Below are positions 47,681 to 62,091 of a DNA stretch of 64,000 nucleotides, one piece after another. The notes below the pieces were generated by a model, which saw only the letters and a program-made list of their open reading frames with translations, was not told the origin of the DNA and ran no database searches. The DNA is from Yuukianura sp. NJ FZ-2021 (lineage: Eukaryota). Location: assembly GCA_046563655.1 (NCBI GenBank), contig CM102285.1, forward strand, positions 7,440,001 through 7,504,000. Reading direction: 5' to 3'. The stretch's first letter is position 1. Each line of letters opens with the position of its first letter. Made by a program: the position numbers and the translations under genes.

Positions 47681-49029
47681 TGTGACCTACCCTTTCCTAT
47701 CCCAGTCGTCCTTACAGTCTTCACTAACTAGTTTTCGTGCACCATGCCCTGAATACCTACGAGTAGTTATAAATATGTTAATTTTAGTCCTTCCAGTATT
47801 GATTTACGCTTCTTCCCATAAGTAGAATAAAATCCATTACGGTATGCCCACATATCAGTTCCGACTGCCACGAACATTGTTTCCTTTCGCTCTCGATTTC
47901 CACTGGGGCTACAATATCACAGGAAGAGTAAAACCATCCAACCCACTTGGCTTGATTTCCGCTTAAATGAGTGTCTCTTCAACATGAAACTTACCCTGGG
48001 TCATCCTGTTGCTAACGACAGATTCTTCTGCACAACCACAATCTTATATCGTCCACTGTGTGACTGAGGGGTCATGGTTTCATGATAACGACAGTACATC
48101 TTTTGACCTGCATTTAAATTACTACCCCTTGCTTTTCTGGATGCAGCTGTCTTCACTATTCCTCTGATTTACATTACACTCCTCGTTGCATGTAAATACC
48201 ATGTGGGGTGCCTACTCGCAAACGACAAAACACGGCACACTCACGTCCGACGCATCACGTTTTCTTGTTAATCTTAACCTTGTCTTACTTTACCAACTGG
48301 CTTCCTTAATTAAGGACTTGTTGCAGCAGACTATGGATGTAACTTTGCACTCAAATCATTCACTCCACAACGTAGTAGGGGACGGCGGCTTAGCGGTACA
48401 GACTTCTCATTCCATCGCATAGTTCAACATTATACTCAACATATTTTTTAGAAACAACACAGTTGTCTCGAGGTCCTCATCTTCTGATAGCCATTGTAAC
48501 TCTGGTCTTCAACTCCCCCTGTTTTGAGGGTGTTTATTCTGACTTAAATCCTCCTTAGATTTGCATGTATAAGCCCAGCTTGGTGAGGTGCATATTTGCT
48601 CTGTTAACACCTTTTGTTGTGTATAAGCGGTCTTAGTGCCTATCGCTTATGCACTTCTCCCTTATGCGCCAAAGTTGATGCCGGAGACATGATATTTAAC
48701 CCCTCCACCTCACTGTTCAATTTTGTGCCCCCTTATTGGTGGATGCACATGGCCCCTAACCTTATTTTGACGCGGGGTACAACCCATGCACCAGGGTTCT
48801 ACTTCAACTTTCCATCTTCTCCTTCGCTTTCTCCGAAACCTGAAATACAACAATTAATTAATTTAAAAACCTCAGCCTCATGAGCATAATAGTCCAGACC
48901 CATTAAACATAAAACCGCTATACACAGCACTCGCAACACTGTTTACGACTTATACCACACGCTCCTGTGTGCGTGTTTCTTTTATTTATTTTCATTACTT
49001 ACTATCCCGTGCTTTTTATTGATGATTAG

Positions 49030-49809
49030 ATCCATATTACGGACTCCCACTATGTTCCTCCTACACAGCCGATACAACTTCCCGAAATCCTGGAATTGGT
49101 GATGACATGCGTCTCGCTCGCTGACTTGAAGCTGTGCCGATTTGTTTCAAAATCTTGGAGCCACGAATCGTCCCGCGTCATTTCGTCAAGGAGTTATCCA
49201 ATGACCATCACGGATGACGACCAAGGGCAAAGGCTGATACGGGCATGTCCACGCCCACCTCGCAATATTCGATTCACTTTTGGCTTACGCTTCGAACTCG
49301 ATATTGTCAAACAGATAGTGGCCTCTCTTACTACACTGGAGTCAGTGCAACCCAATTGGTTGATTGCCATCCGAGTAATAGGACCCACATATATGCCAAA
49401 TTTAAGAAGGTTGAGTTTCAGACTGCTTCCATTTCATGAAACCACCACATTGCTGCAACGTCTGCCTACGGACAAGAGTATTATTTTACATCACTTAGAA
49501 AGTATACATATTCTTATCGATTTTGATTCTCAGTTGACGGCACAGCAAAAACTACAACAAACAAATTTTCTGTATTTCCTTTTTGCCCTTACCCCGAATT
49601 TACGCTTCCTCTCTACTAACGCTTATCCTCAACGGGCAGCTGACATTTGTGCTCATGAAGTTCGTGCTCCTCCACGAGGGTCAACTAACATCCTGCCGCT
49701 TCTGAATGTTATTTTGGACATGGACGGCCCACCCCTTCCCACACTAAGCCGCTTTGAAGTTCCGTTTCATCCTTGGAAAATTCCTGAAAATTTACAAAAC
49801 AGAGCCTAA
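49030..49809 (+). CDS. F-box/LRR-like protein exon
   Basis: The frame extends upstream of 49096 to give QLPEILELVMTCVSLADLKLCRFVSKSW (F-box); later MPNLRRLSF and TPNLRFLS are LRR-like. Confidence 0.7.
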   Translation: MHITDSHYVPPTQPIQLPEILELVMTCVSLADLKLCRFVSKSWSHESSRVISSRSYPMTITDDDQGQRLIRACPRPPRNIRFTFGLRFELDIVKQIVASLTTLESVQPNWLIAIRVIGPTYMPNLRRLSFRLLPFHETTTLLQRLPTDKSIILHHLESIHILIDFDSQLTAQQKLQQTNFLYFLFALTPNLRFLSTNAYPQRAADICAHEVRAPPRGSTNILPLLNVILDMDGPPLPTLSRFEVPFHPWKIPENLQNRA

Positions 49810-50457
49810 CCATTAACTAAGTTACACTGAGTTATTACACAAAATCAATCGGCTCGTTCCGTGCACAGAATGAAAACACAATGTAAATTAGTGTGTGTAA
49901 GTTAGAAGTTTAGAAGGGAAGAAACGAGTGTTTCTACTGCCTGTAACTTTAAGTAAAAATAACCTAATACCGTATTCTAAGAAAAAAGTGGAAAATGTAT
50001 GTAAAAAGTAAAGTAAAATTAGCCTAAGTCATGAACCGTCGGTTTACCCGCCAACATGACGCCACCGCTGACACGATCGTGTCGGGAAAATACGTTATAC
50101 ATTAGTAAGGACTACTAAGTCTTCGGCCAAAATCACTCTTACTGTAGGTCGGATGGGTCATTTGGGCAGTGCGAAACGTCACCCTCGTCCTCCGTCAAAA
50201 CTAAAAGGAGACCCAATTTGCGTGACCTCCTACAGCTCAAGCACCTCTAACCAAAAAGACCCGGCAAATCGCTTACAAATGTGTGGGAAACTTTGTGACA
50301 TGCTGGTTGATAAATCGATCCGTTAAACCTAAAATTACAAATTAAATGTTGTCAAAAAACCTCAAAAGTTAAGATCTTAACTAGAATGAAAGATGACTTA
50401 ACCTAACTTAGCCTTAAATTAAGATAAATTAAAATTAAAACGAAGTAAAATACAAAA

Positions 50458-51294
50458 TTAAGTTGTAGATAACTCGTCGTTGGTTAAAAGTGGAACCACT
50501 TTGGCAATTGGGCGTTGGAGTTCTCCGAGGGCCGTACGAAGGGTGACGATTCTGACTAGTCCGTCTGGACCAGGATGAACGTTGATGACGCGAGCCAGTT
50601 TCCACTTTAGAGGGGGTAAATTATCATCTTTGATGGCCACAAGGTCTCCGATTGTCAAGTTGTTGTTTTTCTTGGTCCACTTGACCCGTTGTTGGAGTGA
50701 TGTTAAGTATTCGAGTGACCAGACCTTCCAGAACGTTTGGAATAGCTTCTCCTGCAACTGCCAACGTGAGAGGCGATTGACCTTGACATCAGCATGATCT
50801 GGTTGAGGAGCGGCGAGGAAAGGTCTGCCGACGAGGAAGTGGCCAGGTGTGATCACACCTAAATCGGATGTGTCACTGGACATCGGTAGAAGAGGTCGGG
50901 AGTTCAGCGCTGCTTCCGCTTGGCAAAGAATTGTTGCAAATTCCTCAAGCGTTAAAGTGGTGGTCCCAATTATCCTCTTCAAATGAAATTTCACAGAACG
51001 TACTGCTGCCTCCCAAATTCCACCATGATGAGGAGCAGACGGAGGATTAAAATGCCAGTGGGTTTGTGACTCTGCAAAGTAAAAGAAACTTCCGAGTTGA
51101 ACTGGTGAGAGTTCACCAAATCCATCAACTCGTTGTTAGCACCCACAAAATTGGTACCACAATCAGAATATAAGTGCAGTGGGTTACCACGACGTGATAC
51201 AAACCGTTTGAAAGTCCCGAGGAAGGATTCGGTTGACAGTTCGGTTCCGAACTCCACGTGAACGGCTTTTGTGGAGAGACAGATGAAGATGCAG
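50458..51294 (-). pseudogene. BEL/Pao retrotransposon integrase 3' fragment
   Basis: CIFICLSTKAVHVE...SDCGTNFVGA...EAALNSRPL...TPGHFLVG...FWKVWSLEYL...HPGPDGLVR; frameshift ~51060; possible 3' LTR start (TGTT) at 50056. Confidence 0.9.
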
Positions 51295-51565
51295 AAATCT
51301 CAGACTCTGATGACTCTGAAGAATCTGAACGGATTACCGCCGAGTGTGCCGAGTTTATGCTGTGCTTGAGCCGTGAGCGCAGCAGGCAGTTGGAGAGGGA
51401 GGCTGAACGGCGTGAAGAAGAGCTTCGAAAAAGATTTAAAAGCTTTTAAATTTTAAAATGCGCAAATTGAGTATTATTTATTCAAATAAAACCCAAACTT
51501 GAATGGATGCTTAGAGCATGCTGTCGTCGATGGCGCCGTCGAGGTTGATTGGTTGTAGTTCCAAA

Positions 51566-52414
51566 TCATTTTCTGCACCGCGCAGGCGTCGTCGAACTGC
51601 TCGAACTGCTGGGTGCGACGAATTGGTGGACAATGTGCCAATTTGACGTCGGCTTCTGCATTACTTTCCAAAAAAAAAACAGCGCCGCAAGGAAAATGGC
51701 GACTGAAATAAAAAGTAAACATTGGTACATAAACAAATGCAGTGTATTAGTCCCTCGAGCTATGCATGTTTGCAAAAGAATGTGGAGAAATTTTGGTTTA
51801 GTAGATTTGAAAATTTCGAAAAAAAAAAAAAATTAGTACATTGACTAACAAAAAGAAATGAACGGAAATTAAAAGTCGATTTTAAGGAACCAAACCTAAA
51901 CTGATCACTGAATACATTATTTTTGTTGACTTCTTTAAAACAAACATCATTCAGAATCCCGTTCATTAGTTAAATGAGAAACTGGTTCTCGTCCGATTCA
52001 TTTTTCTTTCAAATTTTGAAAAAAAAGGTTCCTGTGAACAGTATTTTGTTTCTTTTCTTGTTACCAGGCTTAAACATTTTCAAAATTTACAAAAATTCCA
52101 CAATGAATGTAGTTGACTTACATCCAAGTATTCCTGTCGTAGTCGCCAATGCGGTCACTTTCACTTCTTCTCCAGCCGGGGTGTCAATGAGGGGACAATC
52201 CCCTGAATCCCCCTCGGGCACTAGGAATTCGATGTTGGGAATGCGGTCGATGTTGGAAGTACAGCCCTGTTGACCTCCGACATTTACCCACCAAGAACAG
52301 GCCGTCTTGACACAGTCGATGCAGTTTTGAACTTTTTGACATTCTAAATTATCAATTTTTAACTCTATAGGTTGTAAAAATCGAGAAAATTGGATGAATT
52401 TTAAACTTACCCAT
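51566..52414 (-). CDS. Small 3-exon PSI-like Cys domain + transmembrane protein
   Basis: Exons 52414-52411, 52343-52122 and 51702-51566 are phase-compatible: MECQKVQNCIDCVKTACSWWV...TTGILGFAIFLAALFFFWK. Confidence 0.45.
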
Positions 52415-54596
52415 TGTTAGACTGATTTGAAAGAACTGTCCGACACACTCAAAAGCTATTTTGAAAATGGACTGAAATTTAAGCAAGGCTCCTAGTTGAC
52501 TATCTTTAAAATAATGAAAATGGCCATAAAATACTGGCCTTTTGAAATTGCTTCCTTCTCACATTCCTTTTCGCAAAAATGATTTTGTTTTTCAAACGTC
52601 AGCAGTTTTGCTGTACAAATGTGTGTATTTATTCAATGAAATCTAATACTAAAGATACAAGGGGAAAAGGAAAATTGACTTGTTATGACTAGCAAGTGAC
52701 GAAAAATGACTTTAAAACTTTTCAAACTTTAACATTTTAAAATGAATGAAAATCAGATTTAAAACTAACCTCTTCACTAATTTAGTTAAATGGCACAAAA
52801 CTTAAAAGCTACTGTAAAAACTATTGTGAGTCTTGTCAACGTAGCCGTGTCCCATGAACGATCCTAAATACATTTCTGGGTATTCAGGACAATACATTTC
52901 ACCCGAATAGCATGGGGGTAGTGGGATAATGGAGATGTTGTTGAGGGATTTTAGCGGACTTGAAACTGGGGTCACTTCCGGACTTCCGCACGACGATATT
53001 GGGCTGTATTGGGGAAAGTTCAAGTTGGCTCGTGCTTGCTCAATGTCATTCTCCTTATTTTCACTTTCTGGCTCACTGTCGGTTTCCGAATCAGAAGAAA
53101 GGTTAGGTTCCGCCGGCCGATTTGACAAAGCTTGGAAATTTTTTCTGTATCGCGGTACTGGTGTCGCTACAGAATAAAGTAAAATGAGTTCAAGTATAAT
53201 GGGTAGTTTAATTTGTTTTAGGCTGCTGCTGAATGGAATGATGGTCCTAGTAAATTCACTCGTTCAAAAGTAGCCAAACAGGTAAAAGATCCGCAAGAAT
53301 TTTCAAAAAGTATTAAAAACGCAAAACTCAATTAATAGAGTGAAGAAGACTGGGACGCTCGAGTAGAGAATGATGAAGTAGGCGCCCTACCACTTCCGGT
53401 TCCGAAAACTATCTTAAACGAAATAAATGTAATCTTACCAAAATGCGCCACTTCTATTGCGTATATACCGCCCGGGTTAATCAAAATCCCAAAGGAAAAG
53501 TACAAAGTTTTTCGAAATCGACACTGTTGCGCAAGTCGAAACACTTAATTACTTAAATTATTACCAAAGTTGTAAAAATTGAATTTTTTAGCCCGAATCC
53601 GATTTATGGGGAAAAACTACGGAAGATCTTATCCAGTATGATGTTCCACAGTTCAAGTGGAAAAATAGGTTATGTACAGTTTTAGCAATTAGCGAGTCTG
53701 AACTTTTAGATCGTATTAAAGACGAAATTTTGACCAAAAGGATCAGTTTAAAAAATTTGCGTTGCCAAGTAGAGTTGACTAATATTAATGTTTGGTTTCA
53801 AGAATTTGATACTTATGACAAAGTTTTAGTTAGTCGGGGTTATTACGAGGGGGATAGTGTTAAGTTATTCGTAAATTCTGATTCTGGAGCGTTTTTGCCC
53901 TATCATTTAGAATCTACAAAAATATTTTGTAATGGAAATAGTGTAGAGTATTGTAGCGTAGCGTATTATGATAACAATAGTTTTAAATGGAAATAAATTA
54001 CCTTTAATTCGCTTGCCGAGAAGCCGAGTCCACACTTGGTTTTTCCAAATCGAATTTCTTGCCTCTTTCAGTATGCATCCAAATTGATATCGGTTCAGAT
54101 TTGGGTCAACGCAGGCGCTCGGGGTCGCCATCAAAATTCGCAAAAGTTGAAGCTTCTTTTTTTTTCAAATTTGACTAATCTATGAATAATAATAATAATA
54201 ATAATATAATCTAATCCGAAAATGGACTTTGTTTGTGCGTCAATACACAAAATAACTTTGGCTCCTAGAATTTGATTTTCCAATCCCTTTTGTCCATTTT
54301 CTTCAAGAAGTTTTAGAAAGCAGTCCGATATGGAATGGGCTTCGGTGTGTTCTTCATGTTTTGTGGTTATCCTGGCTCTCTTCTCCACCATACTAGCCGC
54401 CATGATTTCTTTAATATGGGCGCTCTCAAAATCTTCTTTTACTTTGCACAAAATGACCTCCATTGCAAATATTGACTTGGTTGGTGTTTAAAGTTGACCT
54501 TTGCCTGGACTTGACTAGAATGCAAATGAGACCTTGGCGTCAGTCTCGGTTGGTTTTGTTAATTCCATGAATCCTCCAGGTGTCCTGGAGTTTCTG

Positions 54597-55997
54597 TTAA
54601 TTGGGGTGTGCATTGTTCTTGATTTGTCGAAAATGTCCAAAAGCATAGGATTCTCGATTACAAACAAAGAACCTCTTCAAGTCCCATGCTCCGATGGATT
54701 TTCGATTAATTTTTATATTGTTAATTGTCTCTCCGGTGAACCGTAGGCTTTCGACAGAAACAATGTCTTGCTCCAACTCCTCCCTCTCCACATGATCCCT
54801 GAATTGTTGGTGCCTTAGGTTAGTAGCTGCAAATTGTCGTTCCAACCCACCTACTTTGAGCTTTTCAGTCCAATTAAATCCATCTCTTTCCGGAAAAAGT
54901 TGAAGGCTGTATTGTGTTGGAGAAATGAAATACGCCTCTTGAACGTTCAAGTTGCATATTTTGAAAACACCGGGCCTTCCTTTATTCCTGTCGTCAAAAA
55001 GTTCCCCTTCTTGGTCCGAAAAGTCAAAAATTGGCGCCAAGGATTTCAACTTTTTCAAAAATGTGCCATCGTCATCTTGATATTCGCCAAAAAATGAATG
55101 CGTATTGCACATTATCATTTCCATTTTGTAGTTGAACGCTGGGTAAATGTGATCGTAAACATAAGAATACAACACTGCCTTGGAAATGTTGTAGATGCAT
55201 AATCCAATTAGTTTAAAATTTTTCCCCTTGACAGCCTTTTTTTTCAATTGAAATAGCGTGACATCTTGGTTTATAATTTCAAAATTTTCAAAAACGTCAG
55301 ATGCCAACAGCCTTTTGGCGCCACTTGCAGTTTTACAGAGTTGTGTTCTGCTGTATGCTCCAGTGTCACTAAGAAATTTGCCACTTAGAGATACGTTCGC
55401 TAGTTTTGCAAGTTCCTTTTCAGTTTTTGTCTTGGCTTCTAGTCGTTTTTGCAAGTTGTGTCTCACGTATCCAGCGTAAACTGGCGCTTGAGCAAAACTG
55501 TACCCTCTATGAACTTTCTTGAGAACCGCTCCCAGACGTAATGACATTGCCAAAAGTTGGTGGTGCAAAACTATACCGTTCTTGTCCCATAGGGTTAGTA
55601 ACAAGTATTCTGGTGACAAGTTTTTGTTTGTGGATTTGACAAATTCTTGCTGGAGCGGAGAGAGCGTTTCTAAATCTATCCGCCGCTTCTCTGGCGGACA
55701 TACAAATGGAGAAAGTCTATCGTGGACATCATTTGGGTAGTGGAGGTCACAGACAAAAACATAACCCCTGGACTCGTTCCAAGGAGGGTTCACAAAGTCA
55801 AAAGCATCTATTTCTTCTTGTGACATGCGTCTATAATCTCCAATCGGAAGCGGTCCGAGACATACGGAAGGATAGCTGCCAGTGACGTCACAGCTTAGGC
55901 ATTCAATCCTTGGCTTGGTTGGGTCAAAGTACTCTGGCCCAAAACGATCCGTGTTACAAATCACCTTGCGCTTGTTGACAACTTGAATTCCAGCCAA
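54597..55997 (-). pseudogene. Second, divergent pPolB polymerase-domain ORF with inactivated catalytic motif
   Basis: CDVTGSYP (motif A), KLANVSLSGK (motif B), MCNTHSF replacing YxDTDS, GVFK, DLKRF...SYAFGH; 5' end truncated. Confidence 0.8.
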
Positions 55998-56333
55998 GTG
56001 CAGTGGCTAACGCTACTGACTACGACAGACCTTACCTTTGCATTCTCACACCACACCTTTCTCACGCCTTTGAGTTGGTTAGTGAACCCAAAAACAAATA
56101 TTTTTCGCTTGAAACTTTGTATTTGATTTTTGAATGCACTTATAATTAAGCTCTGTGCTGTAACATACAGCTCTAACTAAATAAAACTACCGCCACGACC
56201 CTAGGGAGCTTTCCCGACTATATCGGAAGAAAAGTTAACGTGTTAATTTTATTCCTTCGTTTTGTTGCAACGACCCAGTTGGATGCCTAATAGAGATACC
56301 TGGTCTTCCATCGTTCACGTTAGCAGAATCTCG

Positions 56334-57182
56334 TCAAATTCGTCTGTCAACGGAATAAAATCCGTTGTCCGTATCAGTGAAGTAGCCCATAGGTCCGTTG
56401 TCCATACCATCCGAAGATAGTGTAAGCGCCTGCCACACGTGGGTTCCATAAACATGGTACTGATGACCAGCTTGATAGATGGACTTCGAGGAAGCTTTCC
56501 CGCCTAACAGACAAGCTTTCTCGCCTAACATCAACATATACTGTGTGAACAAAAAGTTGTGCTCTCCGAATAATGCGATATTTTTTCCCCAAAACCAGTG
56601 TAGATTGTATCATATCACGACAAGTTTCCGACGTGACATCGCTGGGCATTAGTGATACCAGTCGGCTCTACTTCAATAACCCGAAGCTCATTTGTGCGGA
56701 ACGGCCGAATGGATAGATAGTAGTTTGTAACTTGGCTGGTGATCGTTGTTGGCCACTTATACCATGTAGAAAGACGGTGTTGTGTTCCATAAGTTGAATC
56801 ATCTTGGCGAAGCAAAGGAGTGTCGTAAGGAGCCCGATATGAAAGGGCTAGCATGCGATATTCAAGGGCGGTCATTCTCTTCCATCGTTACTCGGAGTAT
56901 GGATAGTAAATTCCGAAGAAATATAAAGTTTTGGGTTCAAATAATACTTTTCGGCGGCACTCCAGCGCAAGTTCCTGCGATTCTGGATGCTCCGACGTGT
57001 GGATATGCATTGTTACCATGGCTTCCGGGAGATGCGATGGCGCAAAACAAGATTGTGTTTGCCCTTGAAGAATGTACATTATGTGCTTTTTGCTTCGGCG
57101 CTTGGATTGGGTACTTCTCACGAGACAGCCGTTCCATTTGACTACCCGTTGCTTGAGCGAGAGTCACGTTATTGTGATTCAT
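56334..57182 (-). pseudogene. Class III fusion glycoprotein relic G3
   Basis: KTLYFFG, MTALEYRMLALSYRAP and STYGTQHRLSTWYKWPTTITSQVTNYYL match G1 TYMTFFG, VTEKECRDMVRSHRSP and GLFGTKLQLTIEYWWLTTYTNTITNYFL. Confidence 0.65.
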
Positions 57183-60100
57183 GACCGACCTTATTTGGAA
57201 TAGTGTGTTATCTGTCGATTAACGAATGGTCACTGTAACTCCCCCCACCAGCATGAAGAAAATTAGCCTGTTAAACATGATCTGTTTATGACACCAAGCA
57301 CCAAAAGAATTAAAGGGATAGAAACAGTCACTTGGCCGAATGTTACCTAATATTAATAAGAATCCCCACCCCAAACTAAAGTTATTTCTTAATTATCAAA
57401 CCCCGGTCCAGTCTGGAGGTATCCACATCAAACGTTTCTACATCTTGAACATCCTCCCATTCCATAGGGGGTTTGTGAGTATTTGGAAGTGGTAGTGTTC
57501 CTTCATCTACTTGAAAAGGTTGCAAGTTCTGAAGATCCAGAAAAATCTGAGGTCCTGCTGTTGTTAGTTCCTGAGCCTGATAAGTCTGATCTGAATTCCC
57601 TGGCGTGCATGAACCAACGCGGAGGACCATTAAGAAGCTTGGTTGTCCCCACTTAATGCTGTGATACAAATGATTAATGTTCATTTCAATATGGAACGTC
57701 TGTGTGGTGTCAATAGTATTAGTTTCTTGAAACGGTGAAACCTCCTTCGTCTCCAAGATACTACGAGAAACTCCTAACGGCGTACGGCAATCATCCGTAA
57801 TAGAATTGTAATAATCAGAAATACTAATGAGTAAGTCCAGGCACACGAGTTGTACAGCATTCAAATAAAAGTTAGAAGCCCTTTGATACCCAACAGATAC
57901 CCTTTGTGGTATCGTTGGAGGCGGTGGTAGGCCCAGTCTGTCTGTTGTTGCAGGTGTAATGGCCTTTGTGGTGGATGCGGCTGGGATTTAATTTGGTAAA
58001 AGTGGAGGATTACGAGTACTCGTCGTTATTGATGTTAGAGAATGAACATGAATCGCACAGTATAAGAATCTGTCAAGCTTATGTTGATTGGTTATAGGCA
58101 AAAAAAAAATAAAAAACAATCTGTTGCTTAAAAGTAATAAAATGTTGAATTTGGAATAGAGTATATTTTAGGAAGCACATTGAAAGAAGAAATGGAAGTA
58201 TATAGCTCACCCTGAAAGATCTACTCTAAACTTGAACCGGTTATTGTTTCTCAAAATCGTCCCACTGTTGTCATCAAGAAGTTGGTACTATTGATGTTGC
58301 AAAAAATGACGCCAACAGTGCAACAATGCAATTCGAGCAAGAGACAATGGTTAATAATACAGACGAAGTTCTGCTCAGCTAGAATGCTTCTAGCGTACTC
58401 TCTTCCTCAGTTCTGGGGAGTAGTTTTTTTGTAGCTATTTTCAATGCCATTCGAAGCAAGTTCCGCGCTCTTTCCCCCAGATTCGTGGAGCTGTAATGTG
58501 TTCAGGTCATTACCCTTACACGTGTCGACTTCGAGTCCCTAAGGTTATCCCACTCTGGTTGTTATCAGAAGGAATTTTAGACCAACGGTAGCATTACAAA
58601 CGTGGCGTGTCCACCATTTTACAGTGAGAAGTCATTGCCCTATAGTGACTCTCCTACCTACACCCTTATTTCAAGGAAGAAAAAAATGCCACCTCGAACT
58701 CTCCTTCTACACCTCTACTGTTGCTTCCCTCTTAGGTCTTGCCTCTGCTCCAATGTGTTTCAAATTAGTCCATTCTCCGCGCGAGGAAAGGAGCTAGTCC
58801 TATGTTGCATTATGCACAATCTCAAAGTCCACTTCTCCATTCGCACAATGCGTAGCGTATGCTCGCCTTAACCTAAGTTTAAGACAAAACTTTCACATAT
58901 TACCACTACTACTAAATCCAAACTAGGAGTGTGAAATTTAAACTGTGTGTCCTATACCCAAAGTATAAGGTGGTGAAGTGACTTTACATGCCCCACTTTA
59001 CATGAGACTAAGATTAAAAATTTAAAAGTGAAAGTGACGTCTCCCCTTTTGAATTAATAACTGTACCATATTACTGCCAGGACTTGTAGGAAAATTAATG
59101 AGAAACTAAACGTTTGTATTTTAAAAAAAAATGTTTAGACTTTCCTTTACGTTAAATCCGGTTCGAATAGGACCAATATGACAGGATCTCCTGCGGATGT
59201 ATCTCTCCCACCTTAATGTAAGCACCTGCGAGACATCGTCCTGTTGCATACCTAACGTCCTGGATCCAAAACTCCATCAAACTCCAATAACAATAAACGC
59301 AGAATCCACAATCCAACTAGGCATTGAGGTTTGTCGTTATTCACACTTTCCCAATAATCGCCGTACTCTCCTCTACTGGACTTGTACCGCTATTGCCTTC
59401 GCTGAGTAGAGATCCTCTCAGGAGGACCTTTGCCCAAGTTCTGACTCGGTAGTACTTGGTTGAGCCCCTCCTTCACCTTGCTTCCACCTCATATAACAGT
59501 ATATTCCGCAGTGTGGTCTCTGACCCTCGAAAAAGCCTCACACTAACCTAACCTACCCTTTTAGTTAGTAGGATGTATAACCATTGTGCTAGTAATAGTT
59601 ACTACAAAAAGCAAGTCAAAGAATATTAATAAAAGAAGAAGTATTAACACCGACCTTGACTTACGATGTTTTCAAAACTATCGAACTTCGTTTAGCTTCT
59701 AAATACCTCACTAGCTGCATGGCATATTATGGGATCTTGTACTGCCCCCAGCTCCGCCGTTTCACTGTTATGGGTTGAAATGAATGAGGGGCAGGTTCAC
59801 GATTGGATCCGAAGTTGATTTAGGTTTTACTGGTTTATTTTCCTAATTAATCGAATTACAGTTATACTTGAGTGGAAAAGAAAATCTGCTCTTAAGATTA
59901 TGGTCTTAAACCAAACAGTGCAAAAGACGACTTGTGAATGAATGAATGATACCAAAAGACAAAAAGTACACACAACCTGTTTTCCAATAAGAACTAATGT
60001 AAAAGTGTATTGTTGTGGTTCGGGCGTGAGTCGGAAGCCAGTTCGGAAGCATTTGATTATACTATTTTAAAACTGAAGGAAAACCGCTTCCTCGCTGGCA

Positions 60101-62091
60101 TCGGTCTCAACCCGGTTACCAGAATGAAACCATCATTTCACCCAAACATGGGTTATCGATTCTCCCACTGCAGCTGTTGCTAAGGAACTCAACATCAGTT
60201 ACTTTGGATCGATTTACTGTGGCAAGTTGACTTTGGAAGGCAAAGCCTCTATTCATAGAGACATGCCCTACGCAATCACCAAATTAAACGTTACAGCCTC
60301 CCAATTCCAAGTTTGCCAATAGGTGTCACAGACTTTCACAACAGGTCTCGATTAACAAACCGGTACGTACCCGTCACATCAACAATAGAATTATCAAATG
60401 TGCGAAACCATAATCCTGTCCATCCCTTTATCCTCTTTTCACTACCTTTCCCTTCCTTATATGATGGGTGTAAAGATTAATTAATCAACGTTAGTAATTG
60501 AAACAAGGTGAAATAATTTCAACGTTGCGCAAACATAATCTAAATTCCTTCCCTTGGTTGCTCTTTGAAAACAACCAATCGCAACTTCATTCAAGACCTA
60601 TGTTTGGCGAGTCTAACACCCGTTCACCCTTTTTGACCTGAAACTTGACCCTTGTGGGTCCCTTGACTCCGTGGAAACTGAGTCACATACATACTCTTTA
60701 GAACTACGGACGAGAAGGGAAGATTCCTTTACCTTAATCAGCTACATTTGACCCAGTAGAATCAACCAATGAAAGTGATGGTGGCAGAGGCGAAAGTGTC
60801 CAAGACGTTTCAAGAGGTTTCTTGCTCATTAAGCAATTTTCAGAATCCCTCTAGAATTTAATTTGTTAATAGTTGATTTGTGATTTGAAATTATCCAATT
60901 TTGGGATTAACTTCATTTAAAAACATTAATTTTCAACCACAATCCAAGTTTTTTCCTTTTAGGATGTTTGTCAATTGATTTGAAAATTATTTAAAGTGTT
61001 AACGAGATTGAATTAAAAATCTTTACAAATGTTCAAAAGTTCGTTCAAAGTTATTCATTAACAATTGGCCCCTCTAGGACTGAGTTTTTGTAATTTACAA
61101 TTGATATTTTTTTTAATTTGAAACAAAACACTGAAATTTGGCGCGAAAGTTTGAAACTGGAAGTGGTTCTGTTGAACAGCTGAGTTTTGTTTTTGTTTTG
61201 AATTGAAATGTCAGTTTTGAGCAAAATTTGAATTTGTTTTTGTCAATTAGCTGGCTTTTATTGATGTTTACATTTCAAATCGCAATGCTTTGTTTTGTAG
61301 TATTCTCCAATTTCGCCAATTAGCATTTGCACAGTTTTGCAATTTTTGCATTTGTCAATCGTAGTGTTTTGCAGTTTCGCCACTATCAATGGCAATTGAG
61401 TCTGATTGGTTGTCTGTTTGTCTGTTGTCGTTTGGGAGCGTATACTCCACCCTTTCTTCTTCCACTTGTGTGTCGTCCTTGTTTTTTTTTTCAAAATGTG
61501 TTATGCGTCATCCCTACAACCTGTTGAATAAACGAGCCAATTTCAACTTAGGCACTGATCAACTACCCGTTGATCTGTGGCTATCTAATTCCGAACACTC
61601 TAACCTTTGACAAGTGAAAACTGAAAAGTCTGCCTGATCTTTGATTTGTTTATGTTTATTTTACTTTTAAATCAATGCCAAATTAATCAAATTGAGAATC
61701 TAATTAGAGCCAAATTCCTTACTGCTTATCGGATCTCTTCCAAGTACTTACTACTAAAATTCCCTCTTTTTTCCACTAGCAGTCGAAAAGGAAACGACGC
61801 TATCCCTTTTCAAATAATTTTAGCGCCGCCTTTCTCAAATTTCCAAAATAGTCAAAATAAAAAATAGCCATATTTCTAACATTATTCCCACTTTTCCTTT
61901 CGACCGCTAGTAGAAAGGAAACTCCGTTAAATCTATGAAATCAAGAGTGAAACAAGAAATCTTAAAATTAAAATTAACCTAAGTCCAAATTAAAACTGAA
62001 AAAACCTTAATTCTAAACTTTAAACCAGAAAACCTTAAATCTAGAGTAAATCTAATCCAATTAAATCAGAAAAAGCTCACATCTAAAATTT

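Noticed and set aside
57382..58060. Secreted mucin-like or additional glycoprotein gene
   Set aside because: Fragmented by stops and frameshifts, with no motif I can assign.
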